Positions 22,089 through 31,331 of a stretch of DNA of 64,000 nucleotides are shown piece after piece. The position numbers and the translations under genes were made by a program. This DNA is from Nanobdellati archaeon (GTDB lineage Archaea > EX4484-52 > GLR71): the NCBI GenBank assembly GCA_019429005.1, contig JAHYJR010000001.1:136663-200662 (forward strand). The letters run 5' to 3'. The notes below the pieces were generated by a model. It saw only the letters and a program-made list of their open reading frames with translations. It ran no database searches and was not told the DNA's origin. The first letter of the stretch is position 1; every line of letters begins with the position of its first letter.

Positions 22089-23282
22089 ATGAAAACAAGA
22101 ATTGTGGATCTTTTGATTTGTCCTTATTGCAAAACAAAATTATTATTAAATATATATAAAACCGCAAAAAACGATTTCAAAATTAAAAACAAAATATATT
22201 GTAAAACGTTTTGTAATTTTAAAAATAAACAAATAAAAAATAATAAACATTTTGATTGTGTTTCTTGTTTTAATACTGAAATAATTGAAGGTAATTTGAA
22301 ATGTACTACTTGTAATAGATTATTTCCAATTATTAACGGAATACCACGTATTTTAAAAGATGAATATTTTATCAATATTAATAAAATCTATAAACCGTTT
22401 TTTAAAAAATATAAAGCTGATTTTAATGAGAATTTATATGATATATCGGATATCGATCAAGATATTAAATTAAAAGAAAAAATTGCAACAGCTTTTTCTA
22501 AAGAATGGTTAGATTTTAATAATATGTATAAAGAATACGAAAAACAGTTTTTAACTTTTATTGCACCAGTAAAATCAGCTTTTTTTAATGAAAAATTAGT
22601 TCTTGATGGTGGTTGTGGTTCAGGACGCCATGTGTATTATTCCTCAGTATATGGTGCTGAAGTGGTGGGTATTGATTTAGGTATCTCTGTTGAAACGGCA
22701 TATAAAAACACTAAAAAATTACCATTTACACATATAATACAATCTGATATATATAATATACCAATTAAAAAAGAGTCATTTGATTTTATTTATTCTATTG
22801 GCGTATTACATCATTTACCTAATCCTAAAAACGGTTTTTTAAATTTAACTAATTATCTTAAAAAAGGAGGTTCTATTTTTGCATGGGTTTATGGTTATGA
22901 AAATAATTCAAAAATTTTATTTTTTGTAGATCTTTTTAGAAAGAACATTACAACAAAATTACCTTTGACAATAACTAAATATATATCCTATTTGTTAACA
23001 ATACCATTTTATTTTATTTTAAAATGTTTTTATGGGCCATTTAATCAACTGAATGATCAGTTTGCAGAAAAAATATTACCAATAAATCAACATTTTTTTC
23101 AGATGTCCGGTTTTAGTTTTAATCAGGTTTATTCAATTGTATTTGATCATTTATTAGCACCAATCGCATTTTATTATAAAAAAGACGAATTTAAAAAATG
23201 GTTTAAAGATGCAAATTTGAGAAATATACGTTTGAATTGGTGTAGAAAAAATAGTTGGGGCGGTATTGGCACAAAAATTTAA
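22089..23282 (+). CDS. Trm112-like zinc-ribbon domain fused to a class I SAM methyltransferase
   Basis: LICPYCK...EIIEGNLKCTTCNRLFPIINGIPRIL, then VLDGGCGSGRH and SIGVLHHLP. Confidence 0.85.
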   Translation: MKTRIVDLLICPYCKTKLLLNIYKTAKNDFKIKNKIYCKTFCNFKNKQIKNNKHFDCVSCFNTEIIEGNLKCTTCNRLFPIINGIPRILKDEYFININKIYKPFFKKYKADFNENLYDISDIDQDIKLKEKIATAFSKEWLDFNNMYKEYEKQFLTFIAPVKSAFFNEKLVLDGGCGSGRHVYYSSVYGAEVVGIDLGISVETAYKNTKKLPFTHIIQSDIYNIPIKKESFDFIYSIGVLHHLPNPKNGFLNLTNYLKKGGSIFAWVYGYENNSKILFFVDLFRKNITTKLPLTITKYISYLLTIPFYFILKCFYGPFNQLNDQFAEKILPINQHFFQMSGFSFNQVYSIVFDHLLAPIAFYYKKDEFKKWFKDANLRNIRLNWCRKNSWGGIGTKI

Positions 23283-23358
23283 TTTTTAAAAAAAATCTCA
23301 TAATGGGTTTAAATTTAATCTTTAAAATTATTTAAGGTTTATAAATAAATTAGTTAGC

Positions 23359-24939
23359 ATGTTCCAAATAAAACCTAAAAAAGAATTATTTTTATTTATT
23401 ATCTTTTTTATTTATATTTCCTTTTTTTATTTTAACACAATTTCTATAAATTCTAGATATGATGATACTTTACAATATCTATCTGCAGGAATAACTCTCG
23501 TTGAAGATGGTATGTATACCGAAAATTATTGGCTTAGACCACCTTTGTTACCATTAATTATCGCATCTTTATATAAATTAGGTGTTTCTGTTGATATAAT
23601 AACGTTAATTTTACCTTTATTTTTAATTTTTTTATTTATACTTGTATCATATTACATTATCAACGTTTTTTATAATAAAGAACTAGCATATATTGTTGTA
23701 CTTCTTATGATAGTGTTTCCATCTTTGTGGCGATGGGGCAATGTACTCTTAGTCGACATTTTATTTGGTGCGTTATGTTTGTTGTCATTATTATATTTCT
23801 ATTTGTCTGTTGAAAAAGAGGATTATTATTTTTTGTATTCGGCATTTTTTTTATCGCTTGCGTTTTTAACAAAAATATCGGCAATAGTTATACCTTTTGT
23901 TTTTATATGTTTTTTAATTTATCAAAAAAAAATAGTTTTTATTAAATCCAAATATTTTTTAATAGGAACATTTTGTGCAACATTTATTTATTTATTTATT
24001 TTTTTGTTTATATATAGTATAAGTTCTTTTGAAATATTTTCTTTTACACCAATGAATTATGCATTAGTTGCTGAGACAACTATTAGATATTTTATTGAAT
24101 TTTTGTTAAGTCCAATAATTCTATTGTTACCCATTGGTATTTTAAGATTAAGTAAGAGCAAGTCAGACATACTTGTTTCTTTTTTAGCAATCGGTTTTAT
24201 GTTATTTTATTTAAAAACAACTTTTTTAACTAGGTATTTTTCTATATTATATCCTTTTATGTTATTAGTATCTTATAAAGGCTATCAGTGGATTATTAAT
24301 TATTTTAAAATAAATATAAAAATATCTAAATTTATCTTTTTAATTATTTTATTAATTAGTTTTGAAAATACTGTTTATTTATTAACGATTGATTCACAAA
24401 GTTATTACGGCGTTTATGACTTAAAAGAATATATTAGCACTTTAAATACGAATCCAATTATAGCGGTAGGTGAATCTTATACATATCTTAGTATTTATAC
24501 AAATAATAATTTAATCCAACCACCACATTATATGGTTTTTGGCGACAAAATAACAATGGAATATAAAGAGTATATTGATTTAATAACAAATCCAGATTCT
24601 GAAAATTATTCAGATTATGTTAATTTAATTAGATCTGGTAATACAAAGAGTTTTTATGATATCAGTCAAGAATGGATTTATAAAAATAACATATCTTATA
24701 TCATATTATCTATATATGATGAATATGAAGCGAAGCCTAAGCCAGAATATTATACTGTAAAATATGCAGGTATCGAAATACCTTACAAACGTCAATATCA
24801 AGCGAATAATATACCACCAAATTATATTTTTAATTCGGAACAATATCATTTTTTTGAAAACAATAATAATTCAATACGTATAAAAACAATTTATAAAAAG
24901 AATCAAGAAATATTTATAATTTATAAGATTTTATTTTAA
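23359..24939 (+). CDS. GT-C (PMT_2-like) membrane glycosyltransferase, paralog family A
   Basis: YDDTLQY, LRPPLLP, LLVDIL, LTKISA, LTRYF; shared C-terminal domain. Confidence 0.8.
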   Translation: MFQIKPKKELFLFIIFFIYISFFYFNTISINSRYDDTLQYLSAGITLVEDGMYTENYWLRPPLLPLIIASLYKLGVSVDIITLILPLFLIFLFILVSYYIINVFYNKELAYIVVLLMIVFPSLWRWGNVLLVDILFGALCLLSLLYFYLSVEKEDYYFLYSAFFLSLAFLTKISAIVIPFVFICFLIYQKKIVFIKSKYFLIGTFCATFIYLFIFLFIYSISSFEIFSFTPMNYALVAETTIRYFIEFLLSPIILLLPIGILRLSKSKSDILVSFLAIGFMLFYLKTTFLTRYFSILYPFMLLVSYKGYQWIINYFKINIKISKFIFLIILLISFENTVYLLTIDSQSYYGVYDLKEYISTLNTNPIIAVGESYTYLSIYTNNNLIQPPHYMVFGDKITMEYKEYIDLITNPDSENYSDYVNLIRSGNTKSFYDISQEWIYKNNISYIILSIYDEYEAKPKPEYYTVKYAGIEIPYKRQYQANNIPPNYIFNSEQYHFFENNNNSIRIKTIYKKNQEIFIIYKILF

Positions 24940-24959
24940 ACATTAATTTTTTTCAAATT

Positions 24960-25769
24960 TTAAAAATATTCTTTATACGGGTTTGGTCTATTTTTTTTTA
25001 TTGCAACAAAAATATATTCCGAACAAATACCATATTTTTCTAAAAATGTTTTAATCTTGGTAAAACCTAAACCGTAACCAGAGGCTACAGGTCCTTTAAG
25101 GATTGCAATTATATTAAAATCTGCATCATTAAACTCTTTAATCCATCTATTTTTTCTAAACAGAATTAACTCTTTATAATTTGAATCGTATGCCCCATGT
25201 GGTAATGGGAATAAGAGGCGTATTAATTTTGATCTTTTTGTAGTTATTTTAGGATTGTTATCAAATTGTTTTTTTTGTGATTTATTTATTGAATTATTTG
25301 TAATTCTTTCAAAAAGAACAACAATCAAATTTATGTAATGGAATATGATTTGCGTTATTTTCCAAAATGAGTTAGGTATACAATGAATTGTGATTCCATC
25401 ATTTTTAAGTATCTTATGTATGCCATTTAAAAATTGATTTGGGTTTTTAAGGTGTTCTATTAAATTTGAAGAAAATATAATATCAAATTCGTCTTTTTTA
25501 AAATATGTATCAATCTGTTCTGCATCACATTCCATATATTTAATTTGTTTTGATTTTATTTTTGAAATTTGTTTTATATTATAATTTGAAGAAATAATCT
25601 GTTTTACATACTCTTGTAATAATGTTGTTTGGTATCCATCCCCTGCACCAACTTCTAAACCCTTTTCAAATTTTGTTTTTGGAAATCTCTTAAATATTAT
25701 ATTAAACTCTTCTTTCCTTAATCCATGTAAATATTTTATCCAATTTGGTTTTATTTTCATAAGAATCAC
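24960..25769 (-). CDS. Class I SAM-dependent methyltransferase
   Basis: GLEVGAGDG; FDIIFSSNLIEHL; ILKNDG. Confidence 0.88.
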   Translation of the reverse strand: MILMKIKPNWIKYLHGLRKEEFNIIFKRFPKTKFEKGLEVGAGDGYQTTLLQEYVKQIISSNYNIKQISKIKSKQIKYMECDAEQIDTYFKKDEFDIIFSSNLIEHLKNPNQFLNGIHKILKNDGITIHCIPNSFWKITQIIFHYINLIVVLFERITNNSINKSQKKQFDNNPKITTKRSKLIRLLFPLPHGAYDSNYKELILFRKNRWIKEFNDADFNIIAILKGPVASGYGLGFTKIKTFLEKYGICSEYIFVAIKKNRPNPYKEYF

Positions 25770-26247
25770 ATTATATATTATATGTTTTATTTTTATGCTA
25801 TTATTAGGATCCTATAATTCGTACATATAATAAATAAATAGTTTAACTTTGTTATCATTTTCTTTTTTTAATTCAATTTAATAATAATATATCTAATATA
25901 TATTTATCTTTTTTGTGTAATCATAATAAATATATTTTGTTTTAATATAAACATTTTTATTTAATTTATACATAATTAGTACAAATATATATTTTGTTTT
26001 ATATTTTTAAACATTTTATTAATATTTAGACACTTCTGTATATTTAATTGTTTTAAATTACTATTTATGTATTATTATTTGTTTTATCTAATTAAATCTT
26101 AGATTAATTTTAAGTTATTTACAAAATAGTTAGTTTATCACTAGTATAGAATACGACATATTATTTTGTAATTTGTGTGTTTTTATAATAGGTCTAGGTT
26201 AAATTGAATATATTTATAATATTTTATATCTTTTAATATTTATAATT

Positions 26248-27009
26248 TTATATTTTTCTAATAAGAAATCTAAAATTCTTTTTAGTGCCAATAAGATTTT
26301 GTAATTTAGAAAAAAACATAAATTTTCGTGCATTATATTCTTCATATAATAAAATTTCAAAATTTTTATTGATATTTAATGTATCTATTAATTTTTTTGC
26401 ATCAATACCATTTTTACAATGTATATCTGCATAACTATAATCTATTTTTTGTGTTTTTATTTGTTTTAAATACAAATTAAATCTATATAAATAATAATCT
26501 ATTTTTTCAATAATGTTATCTAGAATCGTTTCATTATTATTTAATGGTTCGTGTATTACATACAGAATACCATTTGATGTTAGCTTTTTAATACAATTTT
26601 TTAATGTTTTTTGATAGTTTGGTAAGTGATGTAAAACAGAACTAAATGATATAATATCATATTTTTTATTAGTTATTTTAAGAAATTCATCTATATCTTG
26701 ATTATATAAATGTATTTTTTTTGATTTTATTTTTTGTTTTAGTTCATTAATCATATCTTTAGATATATCTAAACCATCAACATAATATCCTTTTTGAATA
26801 AATTGTATTGTTAAATTACCGGTACCACATCCAACATCTAAAACGGATCCTTTTTTGAAATACGTGTATATAATCTTTAATTCATTTAAAATTTTTTTTT
26901 GTTCATATGTATTAAATATTTCACGATGTAATTTATCATAGCTTTTTGCTTCAATACTATGTACACGTATATTTTTATTTTTAATTTTTTTAGATAATGA
27001 ATTCATCAT
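26248..27009 (-). CDS. Class I SAM-dependent methyltransferase
   Basis: VLDVGCGTG; GLDISKDM; YDIISFSSVLHHLP. Confidence 0.9.
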   Translation of the reverse strand: MMNSLSKKIKNKNIRVHSIEAKSYDKLHREIFNTYEQKKILNELKIIYTYFKKGSVLDVGCGTGNLTIQFIQKGYYVDGLDISKDMINELKQKIKSKKIHLYNQDIDEFLKITNKKYDIISFSSVLHHLPNYQKTLKNCIKKLTSNGILYVIHEPLNNNETILDNIIEKIDYYLYRFNLYLKQIKTQKIDYSYADIHCKNGIDAKKLIDTLNINKNFEILLYEEYNARKFMFFSKLQNLIGTKKNFRFLIRKI

Positions 27010-27052
27010 ATTTAATTGTTTTAAATCTATTTATTAATATGTCTATAAACAT

Positions 27053-28192
27053 ATGATTAACAAGATGGTTTTTATGAAAAGTATACTCATGTTAATAAAA
27101 AATAACCCATGGACTACTCCGGGGGGTGCAGAGATTTTTGTGCGTGAAATCTCAAAAAAGCTATCAAAAAATAATTTAGTTCATATCGTTTGTGAGGGTC
27201 TTGAGGATAAAACAGAATATGTAGATGATATATTAGTTCATACATATAAAACATCCAATATACCAAAAATACGTGCTCTTGAAAGTATGTATAAGTTATT
27301 TAAAACTACTGAAAAAGTAATAAAAAATTATCAATTTGATGTTATTAACTCACATATAGTTTTTCCGACAGGATATATAGGATATTATCTTGCAAAAAAG
27401 TATAAGATACGTTCTATTTTTTCAGCACATGATGCATCTGATTCATCTATATATAAACAATCAAGATATAATTTATTTTATAATTATTTTGTAAAAACAA
27501 CAATTACAAAATCAGATAAAATACATATTGTAAGTGAATATTCAAGAACCTTTCTGAACTCATATTTTTCTAACATTTCAAACAAATGTGTTGTTGTATC
27601 GCCGGGTTTAGATAAAAATATATTTAATCTTAAAAAGTTTAATACAAAACGAAAAAAAAACAGTATTATTTGTATTTCAAATTTTCATAAATTATTCACA
27701 ACAAAACGACAAGATCTATTAATCCTTAGCGCAAAAAAATTAATTCAAAAATATCCAACAATATCTATAATTTTCGTAGGTGATGGTAATATGGAACCTC
27801 TTAAGACTTTATCAAAAAAAATAAATCTTAAAAAAAGTAATTTATCTTTTTTAGGTAAATTCACACATAATGATATTGCAAAAATTCTTTCAGAAACAGA
27901 AATATTTGCATTTCCAACAAATTTTGAATCTTTTGGAATGGTTGCAATCGAAGCAATGTCTATGGGCACTGTTCCGATTGTTCCAAATATACCTCCCTTT
28001 GATGAATATATTTCAGATCAAAAAGAGGGTCTTTTTGTAGAATTAAGTGCTGATGGTTTTTATGAGGGTATTGATACTTTATTATCAAATAGAGAACTAT
28101 TATCCCATTTATCAAAAAATGCAATTTTAAAATCTAATAAGTATACTTGGTTAAAAATTTCTAAAAAATATGAAAATATGCTATTTTCATAA
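27053..28192 (+). CDS. GT4 glycosyltransferase
   Basis: PGGAE near the N-terminus; ESFGMVAIEAM (EX7E motif). Confidence 0.9.
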   Translation: MINKMVFMKSILMLIKNNPWTTPGGAEIFVREISKKLSKNNLVHIVCEGLEDKTEYVDDILVHTYKTSNIPKIRALESMYKLFKTTEKVIKNYQFDVINSHIVFPTGYIGYYLAKKYKIRSIFSAHDASDSSIYKQSRYNLFYNYFVKTTITKSDKIHIVSEYSRTFLNSYFSNISNKCVVVSPGLDKNIFNLKKFNTKRKKNSIICISNFHKLFTTKRQDLLILSAKKLIQKYPTISIIFVGDGNMEPLKTLSKKINLKKSNLSFLGKFTHNDIAKILSETEIFAFPTNFESFGMVAIEAMSMGTVPIVPNIPPFDEYISDQKEGLFVELSADGFYEGIDTLLSNRELLSHLSKNAILKSNKYTWLKISKKYENMLFS

Positions 28193-28327
28193 GATTTTAA
28201 ACGAATCTACTAAATATATAAATACTTTTTAATTAAACATAATATTTATTTTAAAATTATTTTTATAATTTCTATAAATATTAGTCTATTTTTCAATTAT
28301 TTTTTGTATTTACATCTAAATAAGGTC

Positions 28328-29420
28328 TTATTTTATTTCAGCAATTAAAACACGTTCACAAATGGGATCTATTTTATTTAAATTTATGAATCTAAATCTA
28401 TATGAAGGAACCCATTTTTTAATTAATTTAGGAATCTCAAAAAAATCATGACCAGTGTGATATAAACAAATCAGCAACTTTGGTTTAAATTGTTTTTTCT
28501 CCACCCTTAATTGTATCTAGTTCAAAACCTTCAATATCCATTTTAATTAGTTCAACATTATTTATCTTTTTATTTTTAATTATATTATCTATTGTTGTTA
28601 TAGTGATTGGACCTTTTTGATCATAATCTATATATGTTCCAGGTCCACCAGCCAAATTCAATTTAGCTTTTGATTCTTTTAAACCTAAAGCGAGTTTAAG
28701 GGGTGTAACCTCTTTAACCATATTATTAATTTTGATATTTTCTGTTAAAATTTTATAATTATGAGGGTCTGGTTCTATTGCAAGTATCTTACATTTTGTT
28801 TTTTTAGTAAATAACCAAGACGAATCTCCAATATAAGCACCAATATCTAATATAAAACCATTACCAAAGGGTTTATTAAAATATTTTAATCCGTATTCAT
28901 GATAAAAAACATTTGGTTCAAAATCATTTTTAATTGATTTAAAACCATTTAAACTAAAAACTTTTTTGTGTTTTATGATTTTGTTTTGTAATATATTGTA
29001 TTTTTGGTTATAAGTTGTATAATCTTTTAAATTAAATAATCTGTTTTTCGGAATAAAATCATATATAGTTATCAAAAATTTATTTCTAACAAATGTTTCT
29101 ATTTGGTTTTTATCTTTAGTATCAAACAAATCAAAATCAATTTCAGGATCTTTTTCGACACAATATTTTAAAAAATCCAAACATAATATTTTAGAACCTT
29201 TTGTAATCTGTATTAAATTATTTAAATATAAATTATTTATTAATTTAATATTATTTAAATTTTTTGAAATATATTTTTTTAGAAATGTTGGGGTTATTTT
29301 TCGATATATTTGTCTATATTTTGAGGGGTAAGTATATTGATTATATGTATTTGTTTCTTCTTTTTTAACCTTTAACAATTCATTTTTTAATAGGTCTTTA
29401 TAAAATATTAACGCTTTCAT
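28328..29420 (-). pseudogene. FkbM-family methyltransferase with a C-terminal frameshift near 28490
   Basis: ILDIGAYIGD, IEPD, IKMDIEGFE. The ORF stops at KGGEKTI*, while the typical tail (FKPKLLICLYHTGHDFFEIPKLI...AEIK*) continues in another frame to 28328. Confidence 0.8.
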
Positions 29421-29693
29421 TTAATCACAGTGTATATGTTTTTTTGGTTATTTTCCAAATTAATTATTATTTATATAATACTATATTATTTTGTTAAATG
29501 TCATTTTTTTTCAAATTATTAGTAATCATTTGAATATATAGTATATATACTTAAACTAAATTGTATTGTTTAATAATAGTATGTTTTTATGGTGTCATAA
29601 ACTAGATAATCTGTTTTAAAATGGTATTCTATATATTGTGAATTTATGTTTTTAAAATCTTTTTATTAATTATATCTATTTTATTTTTTGAGT

Positions 29694-31199
29694 TTATTTA
29701 TGACTATTTTTTAATTTTTGTTTAATATTTTCAATAATTTCAAAATCATATTTATCAATTAGATTTAGTTTTAAAATATATAATATATATAATATATTTA
29801 AAATAATATAACCTAATATAATATAATAAAAAGGTATGTTTTCAAATAGGGTTTGCATTATTATATTATAAACATATATTAAAAGACCATAAAGTATAAT
29901 TGTTTTAAGTATTTTTTTATTTATTGGAACTATATTTATCTTTTTATAAATAATATATCCAAATATGAAAGACGATACTATAAGCGATATCGTAGTTGCA
30001 ATTGCACCACCATTAATGCCATATTTAGGTATTAATATAATATTTAATAGCATATTTAAAATTGCTGTTAATGTTGTTATGTATAAGAGTATTTTTGTAT
30101 TTTTTAGCAGTTTGAGCATACTATCTGTAGTTGAAAATATGCTTTTAATAAAATATCCAACCGAAAGTATTGATAATGCATATTTAGCACCGACATACTC
30201 TATTCCAAAGATAATATTTATTATATAATCTGAATAAAAGAAAATTATAAAAAATATAGGTAAATTACCCAATAGAATCCATTTATTGATTCTTAAATAT
30301 ATTTCTTTAATTATTTTCGTATTCCCTTTAGCAGATTCTGATGTAACAACAGATAAAAAGAGGAATATAAATGCATTTGGAACAATTAATAATAAGTTTG
30401 CAATTGGTACTGCTGTATTATATAGACCAACAGCCGAAATAGGTTCAAAATAACCAATCATAATTGTATCAATCCATGTTAATATTTGTGTTATTACAAC
30501 GACAAAAACAAGAGGTATCGAATAGTTCAGTAATTCGTTATTTATATATTTAGATTTTATTTTTGTATTAAATACTGGAAATACTTTATATTCAATTAAT
30601 AATATTGACAATAATAAAATAATAAATGCAGAGAATACATAAGCTATTGAGACTCCAATTAAATTATATCCTAAATAAATTAAAAAAATACTTAATGTAA
30701 CATTTAAAAAATTTTGCAGAATTTGTTGTAATATTATAACATATTTTGCATTTTCAAAACCGATACTAATACCAAAGAAAATATCACTTATTGATAAAAA
30801 AAATACAGAAAATGAAAATATCTTAAATAACGGCACTAATAATACATTATTAAATATACTTAATGATATAAATTCAGAAAATCTATATAATAAAAATGCA
30901 AATATTATTGATGATATTGTCACGATTTTCAAACTACTTACAATTACACCTTTAATATGTTCTTTGTCATTTTTACCTCGATAATAAGATACATAACGTA
31001 AAACACCACCACCTAAACCTAAGGTTGCAAGCATTGTGACAATAGAACTTATACTGAATACTAACGAAAACAATCCATATGCATCAGGACCTAAGTGAGA
31101 TATAATAATACGCCAAAGTAATGTAAATATTTTTGAGAAGGCCATACCTATAAATACAAAACCTGCACCCTTTACAATAGTGTTTAATTGTTTTTTCAT
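29694..31199 (-). CDS. Wzx/MOP-family oligosaccharide flippase (AglR-like)
   Basis: LGPDAYGLFSL; DTIMIGYF; VGLYNTA; LIPKYGINGGAIAT; polytopic membrane protein. Confidence 0.9.
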   Translation of the reverse strand: MKKQLNTIVKGAGFVFIGMAFSKIFTLLWRIIISHLGPDAYGLFSLVFSISSIVTMLATLGLGGGVLRYVSYYRGKNDKEHIKGVIVSSLKIVTISSIIFAFLLYRFSEFISLSIFNNVLLVPLFKIFSFSVFFLSISDIFFGISIGFENAKYVIILQQILQNFLNVTLSIFLIYLGYNLIGVSIAYVFSAFIILLLSILLIEYKVFPVFNTKIKSKYINNELLNYSIPLVFVVVITQILTWIDTIMIGYFEPISAVGLYNTAVPIANLLLIVPNAFIFLFLSVVTSESAKGNTKIIKEIYLRINKWILLGNLPIFFIIFFYSDYIINIIFGIEYVGAKYALSILSVGYFIKSIFSTTDSMLKLLKNTKILLYITTLTAILNMLLNIILIPKYGINGGAIATTISLIVSSFIFGYIIYKKINIVPINKKILKTIILYGLLIYVYNIIMQTLFENIPFYYIILGYIILNILYILYILKLNLIDKYDFEIIENIKQKLKNSHK

Positions 31200-31331
31200 T
31201 TTATCTAATCCTATAATTTATAATTATATCATTATTAAATATACTTAGAGTGTACATGTTTATAATTAATAGTTTTTAAAATAGCAAATAAAGACACTAA
31301 TAATTTCGTTTAAAACGATTATTTCAAACAT

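Noticed and set aside
25770-26247. Hidden gene, ncRNA or origin in long AT-rich intergenic gaps (also 29421-29693, 40642-40917, 58639-58843)
   Set aside because: No ORF remnant, GC-rich stem or ORB-like repeat was recognised, and short AT dyads are expected by chance
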